NCBI GenBank assembly: GCA_964581815.1
Contig: CAZORE010000010.1
Location: 34,385-98,384, forward strand
Direction of reading: 5' to 3'
Origin: an uncultured Streptosporangiaceae bacterium
GTDB taxonomy: Bacteria > Actinomycetota > Actinomycetes > Streptosporangiales > Streptosporangiaceae
DNA: 64,000 nt
The position numbers were made by a program, and so were the translations under genes. Positions 47,511-56,167 of the stretch are shown one piece after another; positions within the stretch are counted from its first letter, which is position 1, and each line of letters opens with the position of its first letter. The notes under the pieces are model-generated. The model was not told where the DNA came from. It made no database searches and was given only the letters and a program-made list of their open reading frames with translations.

Positions 47511-48764
47511 ATGGACATCTTCGAAGCACGCGAATCCGCCGTCCGCAGCTACTGCCGCATCTGGCCAACGGTGTTCGGCCGGGCCGCGGGCAGCCGGCTG
47601 TACGACGAGCACGGACGAGGTTACCTGGACTTCTTCTCCGGGGCCGGCGCGCTCAATTACGGGCACAACAACCCGGTGCTCAAGGACCCCCTGTTGAGGT
47701 ACCTGGCCGACGACGGCGTGATCCACTCACTCGACATGCACACGGTCGCCAAGCGTGAATTCCTGACGGTCTTCGATGAGCTGATCCTGCGTCCCCGGCA
47801 GCTGGACTACCGGGTGCAGTTCCCCGGCCCCGGCGGCGCGAACGCCGTTGAGGCGGCGCTGAAACTGGCCCGCAAGGCGACGGGCCGCACGGAGATCATC
47901 ACGTTTACCAACTCCTTCCACGGCATGACACTCGGGGCGCTGGCGGTCACCGGCAACGCCTTTCACCGCGCGGGGGCGGGAATCCCGCTGAGCCATGCGA
48001 CCCCGGTTCCGTTCGGTGAGTCCCTGGATTGCGACGACCGGATACCAGATTTCCGGTGGCTCGAGCGCCTGCTCGTGGACAGGGGCAGCGGCCTGGACGC
48101 CCCGGCGGCGGCGATCGTGGAGACCGTGCAGGGCGAGGGCGGTATCAACGTCGCGAGCGCGGAGTGGCTGCGTCGCCTGTCCAGCCTGTGCCGTGAGCAT
48201 GGCATCCTGCTCATCGTTGATGACGTCCAGATGGGCTGCGGCAGGACGGGCCCGTTCTTCAGCTTCGAGCCCGCGGGGATCACCCCGGACATCGTGTGCC
48301 TCTCGAAGTCCATCAGCGGGTACGGGCTGCCGCTTGCGCTAACGCTGATCCGGCCCGACCTGGACATCTGGGCACCGGGCGAGCACAACGGCACGTTCCG
48401 CGGCATCAACCCCGCGCTGGTGACCGGCACCGCCGCGCTGCGCGCCTACTGGGGCGACGACACCCTGGAGCGCGGCACGCATCTCAAGGGCAAGCGGATC
48501 ATGGCCGCCCTAACCGCGACCGCCGGCTCTGTCCCTGGCCCCCCGATCCTGGTGCGCGGCCGCGGCATGGCCTGCGGCCTGGCGTTCGCCGATGGCGACC
48601 TGGCAAGCAAGGTGTCCGCCGCCGCCTTCGAGGCCGGCCTGCTCGCGGAGACCGCGGGCTCGCGCGGCCAGGTGGTCAAGCTACTGCCGCCGTTGACCAT
48701 CACCGACGCGGAACTGGACGAGGGCCTGGCACTCCTGGACGAAGCCGTCCGCGCGGTCTGCTGA
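47511..48764 (+). CDS. ectB: Diaminobutyrate-2-oxoglutarate transaminase
   Basis: ESAVRSYCR.WPTVF, DFFSGAGALNYGHN, QFPGPGGANAVEAALKLARK, ETVQGEGG, CLSKSISGYGLP, GEHNGTFRG. Confidence 0.93.
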   Translation: MDIFEARESAVRSYCRIWPTVFGRAAGSRLYDEHGRGYLDFFSGAGALNYGHNNPVLKDPLLRYLADDGVIHSLDMHTVAKREFLTVFDELILRPRQLDYRVQFPGPGGANAVEAALKLARKATGRTEIITFTNSFHGMTLGALAVTGNAFHRAGAGIPLSHATPVPFGESLDCDDRIPDFRWLERLLVDRGSGLDAPAAAIVETVQGEGGINVASAEWLRRLSSLCREHGILLIVDDVQMGCGRTGPFFSFEPAGITPDIVCLSKSISGYGLPLALTLIRPDLDIWAPGEHNGTFRGINPALVTGTAALRAYWGDDTLERGTHLKGKRIMAALTATAGSVPGPPILVRGRGMACGLAFADGDLASKVSAAAFEAGLLAETAGSRGQVVKLLPPLTITDAELDEGLALLDEAVRAVC

Positions 48765-48887
48765 CCCGCGGAAGAAAGCTCGGACATACTCAGTTTTCTG
48801 GCGCCAGGGCGACCAGGGATCTCACGTTTGGCGCGCCCGGAGCGTTTGCCTGGTGAGAGGGGCTGACTATGACCAAGGACAGGCTGC

Positions 48888-49379
48888 ATGAAGCCGCCGT
48901 TTGAGAAGCTCGTGGAGCGCAGCGGTGGCGTGGTCCTCCGGGTCTGCCGGGTTATGCTCAGCGCGCACGACGCCGAGGACGCGTGGTCGGAGACGTTCCT
49001 CGCCGCGCTGCGCGCCTACCCGGAACTGCCCGACGACGCGAACGCCGAGGCGTGGCTGGTCACGATCGCGCGCCGCAAGGCCATCGACGTGCTCCGGGCG
49101 CGCAAGCGGCAGCCGGCCCCCATCGGTGAGGTACCCGAGGCGCCGACCACGCTCGGCGTGCCGGGCGCGGAGGACGGCGACCTGTGGCAGGCGGTCGCGG
49201 CGCTGCCAGACAAGCAGCGCCAGGCGGTGGCTTACCACTATGTCGCGGGCCTGGCGTACGCCGAGATCGCCGGCATCCTCGGGGGGACTAGCGGCGCGGC
49301 GCGCCGGGCCGCCGCCGACGGCGTGAAGAACCTGCGGAAGAACTATCCGGGCGCGGCCACGGAAGGAGCGCCATCGTGA
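48888..49379 (+). CDS. ECF RNA polymerase sigma factor
   Basis: HDAEDAWSETFL, AWLVTIARRKAID, LPDKQRQAV..HY..GLAYAEIA. Confidence 0.9.
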   Translation: MKPPFEKLVERSGGVVLRVCRVMLSAHDAEDAWSETFLAALRAYPELPDDANAEAWLVTIARRKAIDVLRARKRQPAPIGEVPEAPTTLGVPGAEDGDLWQAVAALPDKQRQAVAYHYVAGLAYAEIAGILGGTSGAARRAAADGVKNLRKNYPGAATEGAPS

Positions 49380-49975
49380 ACATGTCAGCCAACCATTTCG
49401 CGTCGCCGGACGACGCGGAAACCCTGTCCAGGCTGCGAGACAGGCTTGGGCTCGCCGCTGAGGCACAGGGCCTGCTCGACGTCGCTTACACGACGGTCGA
49501 CTCGCCGGTCGGGCCGCTCCTGCTAGCGGCGACGCCGCACGGGCTGGTGCGCGTGGCCTACGACGTCGAGGACCACGACCAGGTGCTCAGTACCTTGTCG
49601 CGCCGGATCAGCCCGCGCGTCCTGCGCGCGCCGCGGCGGCTTGACGTGGCCGCGCGCGAGCTCGACGAGTACTTCGGCGGGCGGCGCCGGGTCTTCGACC
49701 TGCCGCTTGACCGGTCCCTGTCCGCGGGGTTCCGTCAGCTGGTGCAGCGGCACCTGCCCGAGATCGAGTACGGGCAGACCCGAACCTACGGGCAGCTCGC
49801 GCAGCTCGTCGGTAACCCGAGGGCGGTCCGGGCGGTCGGCACCGCCTGCGCCACCAATCCGCTTCCCGTCGTGGTGCCCTGCCACCGGGTGCTGCGGGCC
49901 GACGGCAGCGTCGGTGGCTACATCGGCGGGTCCAGCGCGAAGCAGGCGCTGCTCCGGCTGGAGGCGGCGGCATGA
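49376..49975 (+). CDS. ogt: Methylated-DNA--protein-cysteine methyltransferase
   Basis: DSPVGPLLL, IEYGQTRTYGQLA, RAVG.ACATNPLPVVVPCHRV; GTGA-coupled to the sigma gene. Confidence 0.92.
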   Translation: MNMSANHFASPDDAETLSRLRDRLGLAAEAQGLLDVAYTTVDSPVGPLLLAATPHGLVRVAYDVEDHDQVLSTLSRRISPRVLRAPRRLDVAARELDEYFGGRRRVFDLPLDRSLSAGFRQLVQRHLPEIEYGQTRTYGQLAQLVGNPRAVRAVGTACATNPLPVVVPCHRVLRADGSVGGYIGGSSAKQALLRLEAAA

Positions 49976-50733
49976 GCGGGCTTGCGCGCGAATCAGTGAG
50001 CACTATGCGGTCCGCGACGAGCACGGACCCGTGGCGGCAGCGGGTCGAGTCAGGGGACTGGAAGTCCATCGCCGCCGAGGTCAACTCCCTCGGCGGCGCC
50101 CTGCTGCCCGAACTGCTCACCGTCGGCGAGGCGGCGCAGATCAGGGAACTCTACGAGCATCACGGGCACTTCCGCAGCACGGTCGACATGGCCAGGCACC
50201 GGTTCGGTGCCGGGGAATACCGCTACTTCAAGGCCCCGTACCCCGAGCCGGTCGAGCGGCTCAAGCAGGCGCTGTACCCGCGGCTGCTGCCGATCGCGCG
50301 TGACTGGGCGGCCAAGCTCGGCCGCCCGGCGCCGTGGCCGGACACGCTGGATGAGTGGCTGCGGATGTGTCACGCCGCCGGGCAGGGCAAGTCGACCGCG
50401 ATCCTGCTCCGCTACCAGGCGGGGGACTGGAACGCGCTGCACCGCGACCTCTACGGCGACCTGGTGTTCCCGCTTCAGGTCGTCATCAACCTGAACGAGC
50501 CGGGGGTCGACCATAGCGGCGGAGAGTTCTTGCTCGTGGAGCAGCGTCCGCGCGCGCAGTCTCGTGGCACGGTTACCACGCTCCCGTTCCGTCACGGCTA
50601 TCTCTTTACCACCCGTGACCGGCCAGTGCGCTCCGCGCGGGGCTGGTCCGCGGCCCCGGTCAGGCACGGCGTGTCTGTGGTCCGCTCCGGCCGGCGGCAC
50701 ACCCTCGGGCTCGTCTTCCACGACGCGGCGTGA
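49972..50733 (+). CDS. 2OG-Fe(II) oxygenase (DUF2086-like)
   Basis: GEYRYF, NALHRDLYG (HxD), GGEFLLVEQRPRAQSRG, VRHGVS, RHTLGLVFHDA. Confidence 0.85.
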   Translation: MSGLARESVSTMRSATSTDPWRQRVESGDWKSIAAEVNSLGGALLPELLTVGEAAQIRELYEHHGHFRSTVDMARHRFGAGEYRYFKAPYPEPVERLKQALYPRLLPIARDWAAKLGRPAPWPDTLDEWLRMCHAAGQGKSTAILLRYQAGDWNALHRDLYGDLVFPLQVVINLNEPGVDHSGGEFLLVEQRPRAQSRGTVTTLPFRHGYLFTTRDRPVRSARGWSAAPVRHGVSVVRSGRRHTLGLVFHDAA

Positions 50734-50775
50734 GCTACACCCTGCTCGGTTCGGACGGCAAGCCGCACCGGGCAT

Positions 50776-50813
50776 GTAAGTCGGCCCGGCGCCTAGGCGC
50801 CGGGCCGACTTAC
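50776..50813. terminator. Perfect 38-bp palindrome between convergent genes, probable bidirectional terminator
   Basis: GTAAGTCGGCCCGGCGCCT followed by AGGCGCCGGGCCGACTTAC. Confidence 0.75.
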
Positions 50814-50832
50814 TGGCGTCAGGCCTTCGGGG

Positions 50833-51372
50833 CTACCAGAGGCCCGCCGCGCTGACCTGTCCCGCCCGCAGCGCCCCGGCGTGCTCGATCTCGAGCAGGG
50901 CGCGCTTGCGGTCCAGGCCGCCCGCGTAGCCGGTCAGCTTGCCCGTGGCGCCGACCACCCGGTGACACGGGACGATGATGCACAACGGGTTGCGGCCGAC
51001 CGCGCCGCCGACGTCCCGTGGCTCCGTTCCGGTGCCCAGGCTGCGGGCGATTTCGCCGTAGGTGGTCGTCTCTCCGTAGGGGATACCGGCGATCAGGTCC
51101 CAGACTCGCCGGTCGAACTCACTGCCGCTGGCCTTCAGCGGCAGCTCGAAGGCGGTGCGGTCGCCGTCTAGGTACTCGGCGAGCTGGCGCGCGACGTCCT
51201 CGAATCCCGCGTCGCTGCGCGGTCCGAACGCTGTCCGGTCCGGCCTTGGCCAGTGCCGTGGGAAGTACAGGCCGGTCACGGCCTCTTCCTCCCGGACCAC
51301 CGTCAGCTCGCCCAGGCTCGTCGCGAGCACCGTGTGCACGGCGGCTGAGGAGTCGCCTGTTGTCGCTGTCAT
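50833..51372 (-). CDS. ogt: Second methylated-DNA--protein-cysteine methyltransferase
   Basis: TSLGELTV, IPYGETTTYGEIA, VGRNPLCIIVPCHRVVG, GYAGGLDRKRALL. Confidence 0.92.
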   Translation of the reverse strand: MTATTGDSSAAVHTVLATSLGELTVVREEEAVTGLYFPRHWPRPDRTAFGPRSDAGFEDVARQLAEYLDGDRTAFELPLKASGSEFDRRVWDLIAGIPYGETTTYGEIARSLGTGTEPRDVGGAVGRNPLCIIVPCHRVVGATGKLTGYAGGLDRKRALLEIEHAGALRAGQVSAAGLW

Positions 51373-51458
51373 CGTCTGCTTCCTTCCGTTGCCTGGCCTG
51401 CGTTTCGGCTCTACCAGGTAGACGTCCCGGAAGGACCGGGCGTGAGGTCTCACATGCC

Positions 51459-52166
51459 CTACTGGCTCTTCTCGGCTGGCCAGGGACGGCCCGCGAGGAC
51501 GGCCAGGTGCAAGGCGACGAGGATGTCTTCGAGTTCACCGAGCGCCTCGGTCTTGCCGGCGCTGACCCAGGAGCGCACCAGCTCAGCGCACGCGCCGGCC
51601 AGCGCCTGGTATGCCTCGTCGGGGACCTCGGGCCAGTCGGGATGCCTGACGCGCGCCCGCCGGTGCCACTTGGTGTTGATCTCGGTGTACCGGGACGCCG
51701 AGGCGTGCAGCCGCTCGACCGAGTGCGTGCCCGCCGTGGGCATCTCGATGTAGAAGACCCGGGCGAACGCGGGCTCGCCGGCCAGGAAGCGCAGGAATGC
51801 CCGGCATCCGGCGCGCATGATGTCCTCGTCCGCGGCGTCCTCGGGCATGGCCCGGGCGGCCTCGGTCACGTGATCGAACAGGAGCTCGCCGCCCCTGCGG
51901 GTCGCCGCGAGGAAGCAGTCTTCCTTGGTGCGGAAGTGAAGGTAGAACGCGGCACGGGAAACCTTCGCCCGGCGCACGATGTCCGCCACCGTCACGGCCG
52001 GATAGCCCTTCTGAGCGATCGCGGCGACCGCGGCCTGCAGCAGCCGCTCTCGCTGCGACGCGTGAACGGCAGGCGCGGGAAGCCGGCTACGGCCGCGCGG
52101 CAGGCCAGGCTTGCCCACGTGAGTTTCGGCGAGGGTTCCTGTCCCCTCTTGCTTGGCGTCCAGCAT
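51459..52166 (-). CDS. TetR-family regulator, probably leaderless
   Basis: QRERLLQAA...GYPAVTVADIVRRAKVSRAAFYLHFRTKEDCF; TACTCT 6 nt before the ATG. Confidence 0.92.
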   Translation of the reverse strand: MLDAKQEGTGTLAETHVGKPGLPRGRSRLPAPAVHASQRERLLQAAVAAIAQKGYPAVTVADIVRRAKVSRAAFYLHFRTKEDCFLAATRRGGELLFDHVTEAARAMPEDAADEDIMRAGCRAFLRFLAGEPAFARVFYIEMPTAGTHSVERLHASASRYTEINTKWHRRARVRHPDWPEVPDEAYQALAGACAELVRSWVSAGKTEALGELEDILVALHLAVLAGRPWPAEKSQ

Positions 52167-52189
52167 GAGCCTAGAGTAACGGGAAAATT

Positions 52190-52215
52190 CCTAAAGTACA
52201 GGTTCGTACTTTAGG
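52190..52215. promoter_or_regulatory. Probable TetR operator CCTAAAGTAC-N6-GTACTTTAGG
   Basis: Perfect 10-bp arms between divergent tetR and MFS genes. Confidence 0.7.
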
Positions 52216-52262
52216 CCGTGCGCGCGATCAATGCTGACGTGGCGCGGAAAGGGGTCGGAAGA

Positions 52263-54314
52263 ATGACAGCTACCGTCGACGGTACTGCCGCACCAAGAGG
52301 ACTAGTCCAGGGTCTCTGGAACCGTCAACTAGATCATTACCCCGAGACGCGCAACCGGGTCTGGTACTTGGCCATCGTGGTTGTCGCGACAGTCGTTCTC
52401 TACTACGAGCTCTACATTGGCGGGGCGGTATCGCCGAAGATCCTTCAGGGCTACGGCATGACCTTCCCGTTTTACGTTTACATCAGCGTGGTGGGCAACG
52501 CGGTCGGCGCGTTCGGCTCGCTGTTGGCCGGCCTCGGGGACCGCTGGGGCCGGGCGAACCTCACCGCCTATGGCCTGGTGGTAACCGCGCTGCTTGCCCT
52601 CTTCGGAATCCCGAACGCCGGTGACAAGTGGACGTTCGCGATCCTCTCCGTCATCATCGGCCTCGTCGAGGGCGTCATCCTCGTCGCCACCCCGGCCCTG
52701 GTCAGGGACTTCTCCCCGCAACTCGGCCGGGCTTCGGCGATGGGCTTCTGGACCCTCGGGCCGGTCATCGGCAGCCTCGTGGTCGCCGTGGTTTCCACCA
52801 ACACGGTCAACCACCTGGGCGCCTGGCAGGACCAGTACATCATCTGCGGCGTCGTCGGGCTCATCATCGGCGTGGTCGCCCTGTTCGGCCTCAGGGAGCT
52901 GTCACCGCGGCTGCGCGACCAGCTCATGGTGTCAATGCACGACCGGGCGCTTATCGAGGCGCGGGCCCGCGGTATTGACCCAGAAGCGGCGATGGGCAAG
53001 AGCCACTGGCGGCAGATGATGCACCTGGACGTCGTCGGCTCCGCGTTCGCGATCTCCGTGTTCCTGCTCATCTACTACGCGGCGGTCGGGTTCTTCACCA
53101 TTTACTTCACGACCCTGTTTGGTTACTCCCTGTCGAAGGCCAACAGCATCGGCAACTGGTTCTGGGCGTTCGACGCGGGCGTGCTGATCATCACCGGGAT
53201 CATCTCCGACCGGTTCCGGGTCCGCAAACCGTTCATGGTGATCGGCGCCATCGGCGCCATCGTGATGACGATCATCTTCCTCAACGAGGGCTCCACGACC
53301 TCGTACGGGACGATCGTGCTGACCATCAGTGTCCTCGCGGCGTTCCTCGCCATCGCGTACGCGCCGTGGATGGCCAGCTTCACCGAGACGGTCGAGAAGC
53401 ACAACCCGGCGCTTATCGCGACGGGGCTGGCCGTGTGGGGCTGGATCATCCGCATCGTGGTCGCGCTCTCCGCGCTGATCCTGCCGATAGTCGTCGGCTC
53501 GATGACGCCGCTGGTCACCTACGGGTCCACGGTGTCGGCCTACGCGACGCAGTACGCCGCCCCGCTGGCCTTCGCCCAGGCCCACCCGGATGTGGTCGCC
53601 GACGCGCAGAAGGTCCCGCCGTCGGTGATCGCCACCGCGACGGCCATCCCGGCCAACGTGACGGCCACCGCGGCCAAGATCCCGGCCAACGTGATCGCCA
53701 CCGCCACCACCTACAGCACCCAGCTGGCGAACGCGCAGAAGTTCGCGCCGGAACTGACCGTGATCCAGGCCAACCCGGCGCTGTTCACCAAGCTGCAGGC
53801 TGACCCCACCAACAAGGCCCTGCAGGCGCAGGCCGTCGCCGCCCTCGGCGGCGGGGCCAAGGGCGAGGCCGCGCTCCTCACGATCAGCGAGAACGCGGCC
53901 GCGATCGCGGGCGTCATCGCGGTTGGCCCGCAGCTGCAGACGGTCGCGCCGTACGCGGCCGACCTGCAGACCATCGCACCGTACTCGGCGCAGCTGAAGA
54001 CCATCGCGCCGTACTCGGCCGAGCTGACCGCCATGGCCCCGTACAGCGCGCAGCTGACGGCGCTGTCCAAGGTGCCAGCGTCGGCGCTCGCTTACCTCCA
54101 GGCGCACGGCACCCAGGTCCAGACCGCGGCCGCGGCCGCGCCTGGCCAGTGGAAGAACTGGTGGTGGGTCTGTGTCGGCGGCGAGGCCCTCTTCCTGCCG
54201 TTCATCTTCATCATGACCGGCCGGTGGAGCCCCCGTAAGGCCAAGCAGGACGCGGACGAGCACGAGGCCAAGGTCGCGGAGGAGCTCGCCGCCCTCCAGA
54301 AGGCCGACGCCTAA
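52263..54314 (+). CDS. MFS transporter with a large repeat-containing loop before the last TM
   Basis: GLGDRWGRANL and ISDRFRVRKPF MFS motif-A variants; about 12 TM; about 200-aa Ala-rich insertion. Confidence 0.88.
   Translation: MTATVDGTAAPRGLVQGLWNRQLDHYPETRNRVWYLAIVVVATVVLYYELYIGGAVSPKILQGYGMTFPFYVYISVVGNAVGAFGSLLAGLGDRWGRANLTAYGLVVTALLALFGIPNAGDKWTFAILSVIIGLVEGVILVATPALVRDFSPQLGRASAMGFWTLGPVIGSLVVAVVSTNTVNHLGAWQDQYIICGVVGLIIGVVALFGLRELSPRLRDQLMVSMHDRALIEARARGIDPEAAMGKSHWRQMMHLDVVGSAFAISVFLLIYYAAVGFFTIYFTTLFGYSLSKANSIGNWFWAFDAGVLIITGIISDRFRVRKPFMVIGAIGAIVMTIIFLNEGSTTSYGTIVLTISVLAAFLAIAYAPWMASFTETVEKHNPALIATGLAVWGWIIRIVVALSALILPIVVGSMTPLVTYGSTVSAYATQYAAPLAFAQAHPDVVADAQKVPPSVIATATAIPANVTATAAKIPANVIATATTYSTQLANAQKFAPELTVIQANPALFTKLQADPTNKALQAQAVAALGGGAKGEAALLTISENAAAIAGVIAVGPQLQTVAPYAADLQTIAPYSAQLKTIAPYSAELTAMAPYSAQLTALSKVPASALAYLQAHGTQVQTAAAAAPGQWKNWWWVCVGGEALFLPFIFIMTGRWSPRKAKQDADEHEAKVAEELAALQKADA
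53934..54053 (+). repeat. Four 30-bp tandem repeats (10-aa LxTIAPYSAx) in the MFS loop
   Basis: LQTVAPYAAD / LQTIAPYSAQ / LKTIAPYSAE / LTAMAPYSAQ. Confidence 0.85.
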
Positions 54315-54337
54315 CAGATCCGTACCAACCCCAACCC

Positions 54338-54382
54338 CTCGCGCCAGCCGTGGCAAAGTCGCCGCGGCTGGCGCGAGTCTTT
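54338..54382. terminator. Terminator hairpin between the MFS and GH114 genes
   Basis: CTCGCGCCAGCCGTGGC-AAAGTC-GCCGCGGCTGGCGCGAG followed by TCTTT. Confidence 0.7.
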
Positions 54383-54387
54383 TCCGG

Positions 54388-56145
54388 CTAGCCAGGGCAG
54401 GCATCGAAGGTGCGCCCGTCCAGGTCCGCGTCGAAGAGCACCGCGGTGAAGCCGTAGGACGGCGCGGACACGGACGTGCAGAAGGCGCCGAACTCACGGG
54501 CCGCCGGGGTGCAGGTGCGCCCGGGAGCGCACACGTAGTCGTCGTCGGTGTACTCGGCCTCGCCCACCCACTTGCCGGTCGGCTGCTGGCTGGTCACGTC
54601 CGTGGTGAAGTCGTCCCAGCCGCACGGGGTGCCGCCGTGCAGGCTGGTGCAGGTGATCCCGTACTGGCTGTGGCCAGCGAGCTGCGCGGCGGTACATGCC
54701 TTCGACAGGTAGCACTCCTCCACCACCGCGCCGTCGGCGTACTCGCGTCCCCATGAGGACAGGTAGGGCGAGTTCTTCCACAGCCCGGTCATCCCGTACT
54801 CGTGGATCAGGTTGAAGGCGTACGCGAGGTAGTTCTGCACGTCGCCGGGTGTCAGGTCGAAGCCGGTGGTGGACGGCGGGTCGAACCCGTCGATGTCGTC
54901 GAGTTCGACCGCGTCGAACCCCTTGGCCGCGCACATGCCGATCCGCTCTTGCAGCATGGGCTTGAGCGCGTCGAGCTGCCGGAAGTCGACCCAGCGCTCC
55001 GCCGGGAAACCGAAGTAGACATCGCCGAGCGCCGACGCGGGGAAGTAGGGGCCAGGGCTCGCGTCGGGCCGGTAGTTCTCCCAGGCCAGGTCCAGGTAGC
55101 AGACGGTCCGCGGGTGCGGCAGGGTGGCCGCCTGCCAGCCGGTCTCGATCGTGGTGACCTCGGACTCGGTGGTGAGGAAGCCGTCGACGTCGTAGATGTC
55201 GACGGCCGCCGCGCCGGTGCGCTGCAGCGGCGTCACCCGGCCGATCTGCCAGTCCCAGCGCATGGGCCGGCCCTTGCTGTCCAGGTGCGGCGGGTACCAG
55301 CAGCCATCGTCCCGCCAGCTGCGGCACGCCACCGGCGCCGGCATGGGAATCACGCGCCAGGAATAACGGAGGGTGGTTACCCCGGCCCGGTTCGCTGCGC
55401 GCACCTGCACCAGATGCGGGCCCACCGCGAGCTGGCCGGTGTAGAGCACCCGACTGGACGGCATGGCCTGCCAGCTGCCGTGGTCGGTCCGGTAGGTCAG
55501 CGTGACCGGCCCGTCCGCGCTGTTCGCGTGCGGGGCGGCGACCTGGAAGTACTCCTCCGTCGAGGAAGTCTGCCGTTCCGGCGTCCCGTTGACGAACGCG
55601 GTCGCCGGCGCCTCGCCGCGCGGGTAGACGTGCACGGCCGTGGTCGAGGTCACGGTCACCGAGCGCGTGACGGTGGTGAAGTCGTCGGACGGCCCGTTCG
55701 ACGGGACCGCCACCTCGGTCGCGGTCTCCGTGACCCGCAGCACCCGCCCGGTGTCCGCGTGACCGGCGACGTAGTCGTGCGCGGCGTAGGGCGTCGCGGT
55801 CGAGTCAGCCGCGGTCCGGCACTGTTTCCCGCCCGGCGCGCAGCTCTGCCAGGTGTACCCGACCGCGAAGCTGACTAGCTTCAGCCCGCGCGGCAGCGCC
55901 GGGGCCCGCCAGGCAAGTCCGGACGCCGTGACCGTCGCGCCGTCGCGAAACGGCCCGGTGATCCGCAGCGTTCCCCGGTGCACGGGAGCCGGGATACTCA
56001 CGGCCGGGCTGGCCGCGGCGGCCCCGGCCGTCGCGGGAGCGGCCAGCGCCGCCGGGGCGAGAACCCCGGCGACCAGCAGCAGGCAAGGTGCCACCGTGGC
56101 GGCGGCCAGCGCCGCACGCGCCGGCCGGGTCAGAATCCGGGTCAT
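54388..56145 (-). CDS. Secreted GH114-like endo-alpha-1,4-polygalactosaminidase with N-terminal Ig-like domains
   Basis: Signal peptide; WDWQI, DIYDVDGF, TVCYL..AWENYRPD, ERWVDFR, CAAKGFDAVELDDIDG, AVVEEC. Confidence 0.78.
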   Translation of the reverse strand: MTRILTRPARAALAAATVAPCLLLVAGVLAPAALAAPATAGAAAASPAVSIPAPVHRGTLRITGPFRDGATVTASGLAWRAPALPRGLKLVSFAVGYTWQSCAPGGKQCRTAADSTATPYAAHDYVAGHADTGRVLRVTETATEVAVPSNGPSDDFTTVTRSVTVTSTTAVHVYPRGEAPATAFVNGTPERQTSSTEEYFQVAAPHANSADGPVTLTYRTDHGSWQAMPSSRVLYTGQLAVGPHLVQVRAANRAGVTTLRYSWRVIPMPAPVACRSWRDDGCWYPPHLDSKGRPMRWDWQIGRVTPLQRTGAAAVDIYDVDGFLTTESEVTTIETGWQAATLPHPRTVCYLDLAWENYRPDASPGPYFPASALGDVYFGFPAERWVDFRQLDALKPMLQERIGMCAAKGFDAVELDDIDGFDPPSTTGFDLTPGDVQNYLAYAFNLIHEYGMTGLWKNSPYLSSWGREYADGAVVEECYLSKACTAAQLAGHSQYGITCTSLHGGTPCGWDDFTTDVTSQQPTGKWVGEAEYTDDDYVCAPGRTCTPAAREFGAFCTSVSAPSYGFTAVLFDADLDGRTFDACPG

Positions 56146-56167
56146 GCGGGGCCTCCCTAAGGCCGGG

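Noticed and set aside
43338-47726. 1462-aa antisense ORF, and the many other long overlapping ORFs in the track (e.g. 3696-5048, 10733-12163, 25901-27652, 36990-38555, 52932-54497)
   Set aside because: Shadow frames of high-GC genes: no recognisable motifs, and they overlap well-supported CDSs.
47511-48764. Ectoine biosynthesis operon
   Set aside because: ectA and ectC are not adjacent; ectB follows the Pls-type synthetase instead.
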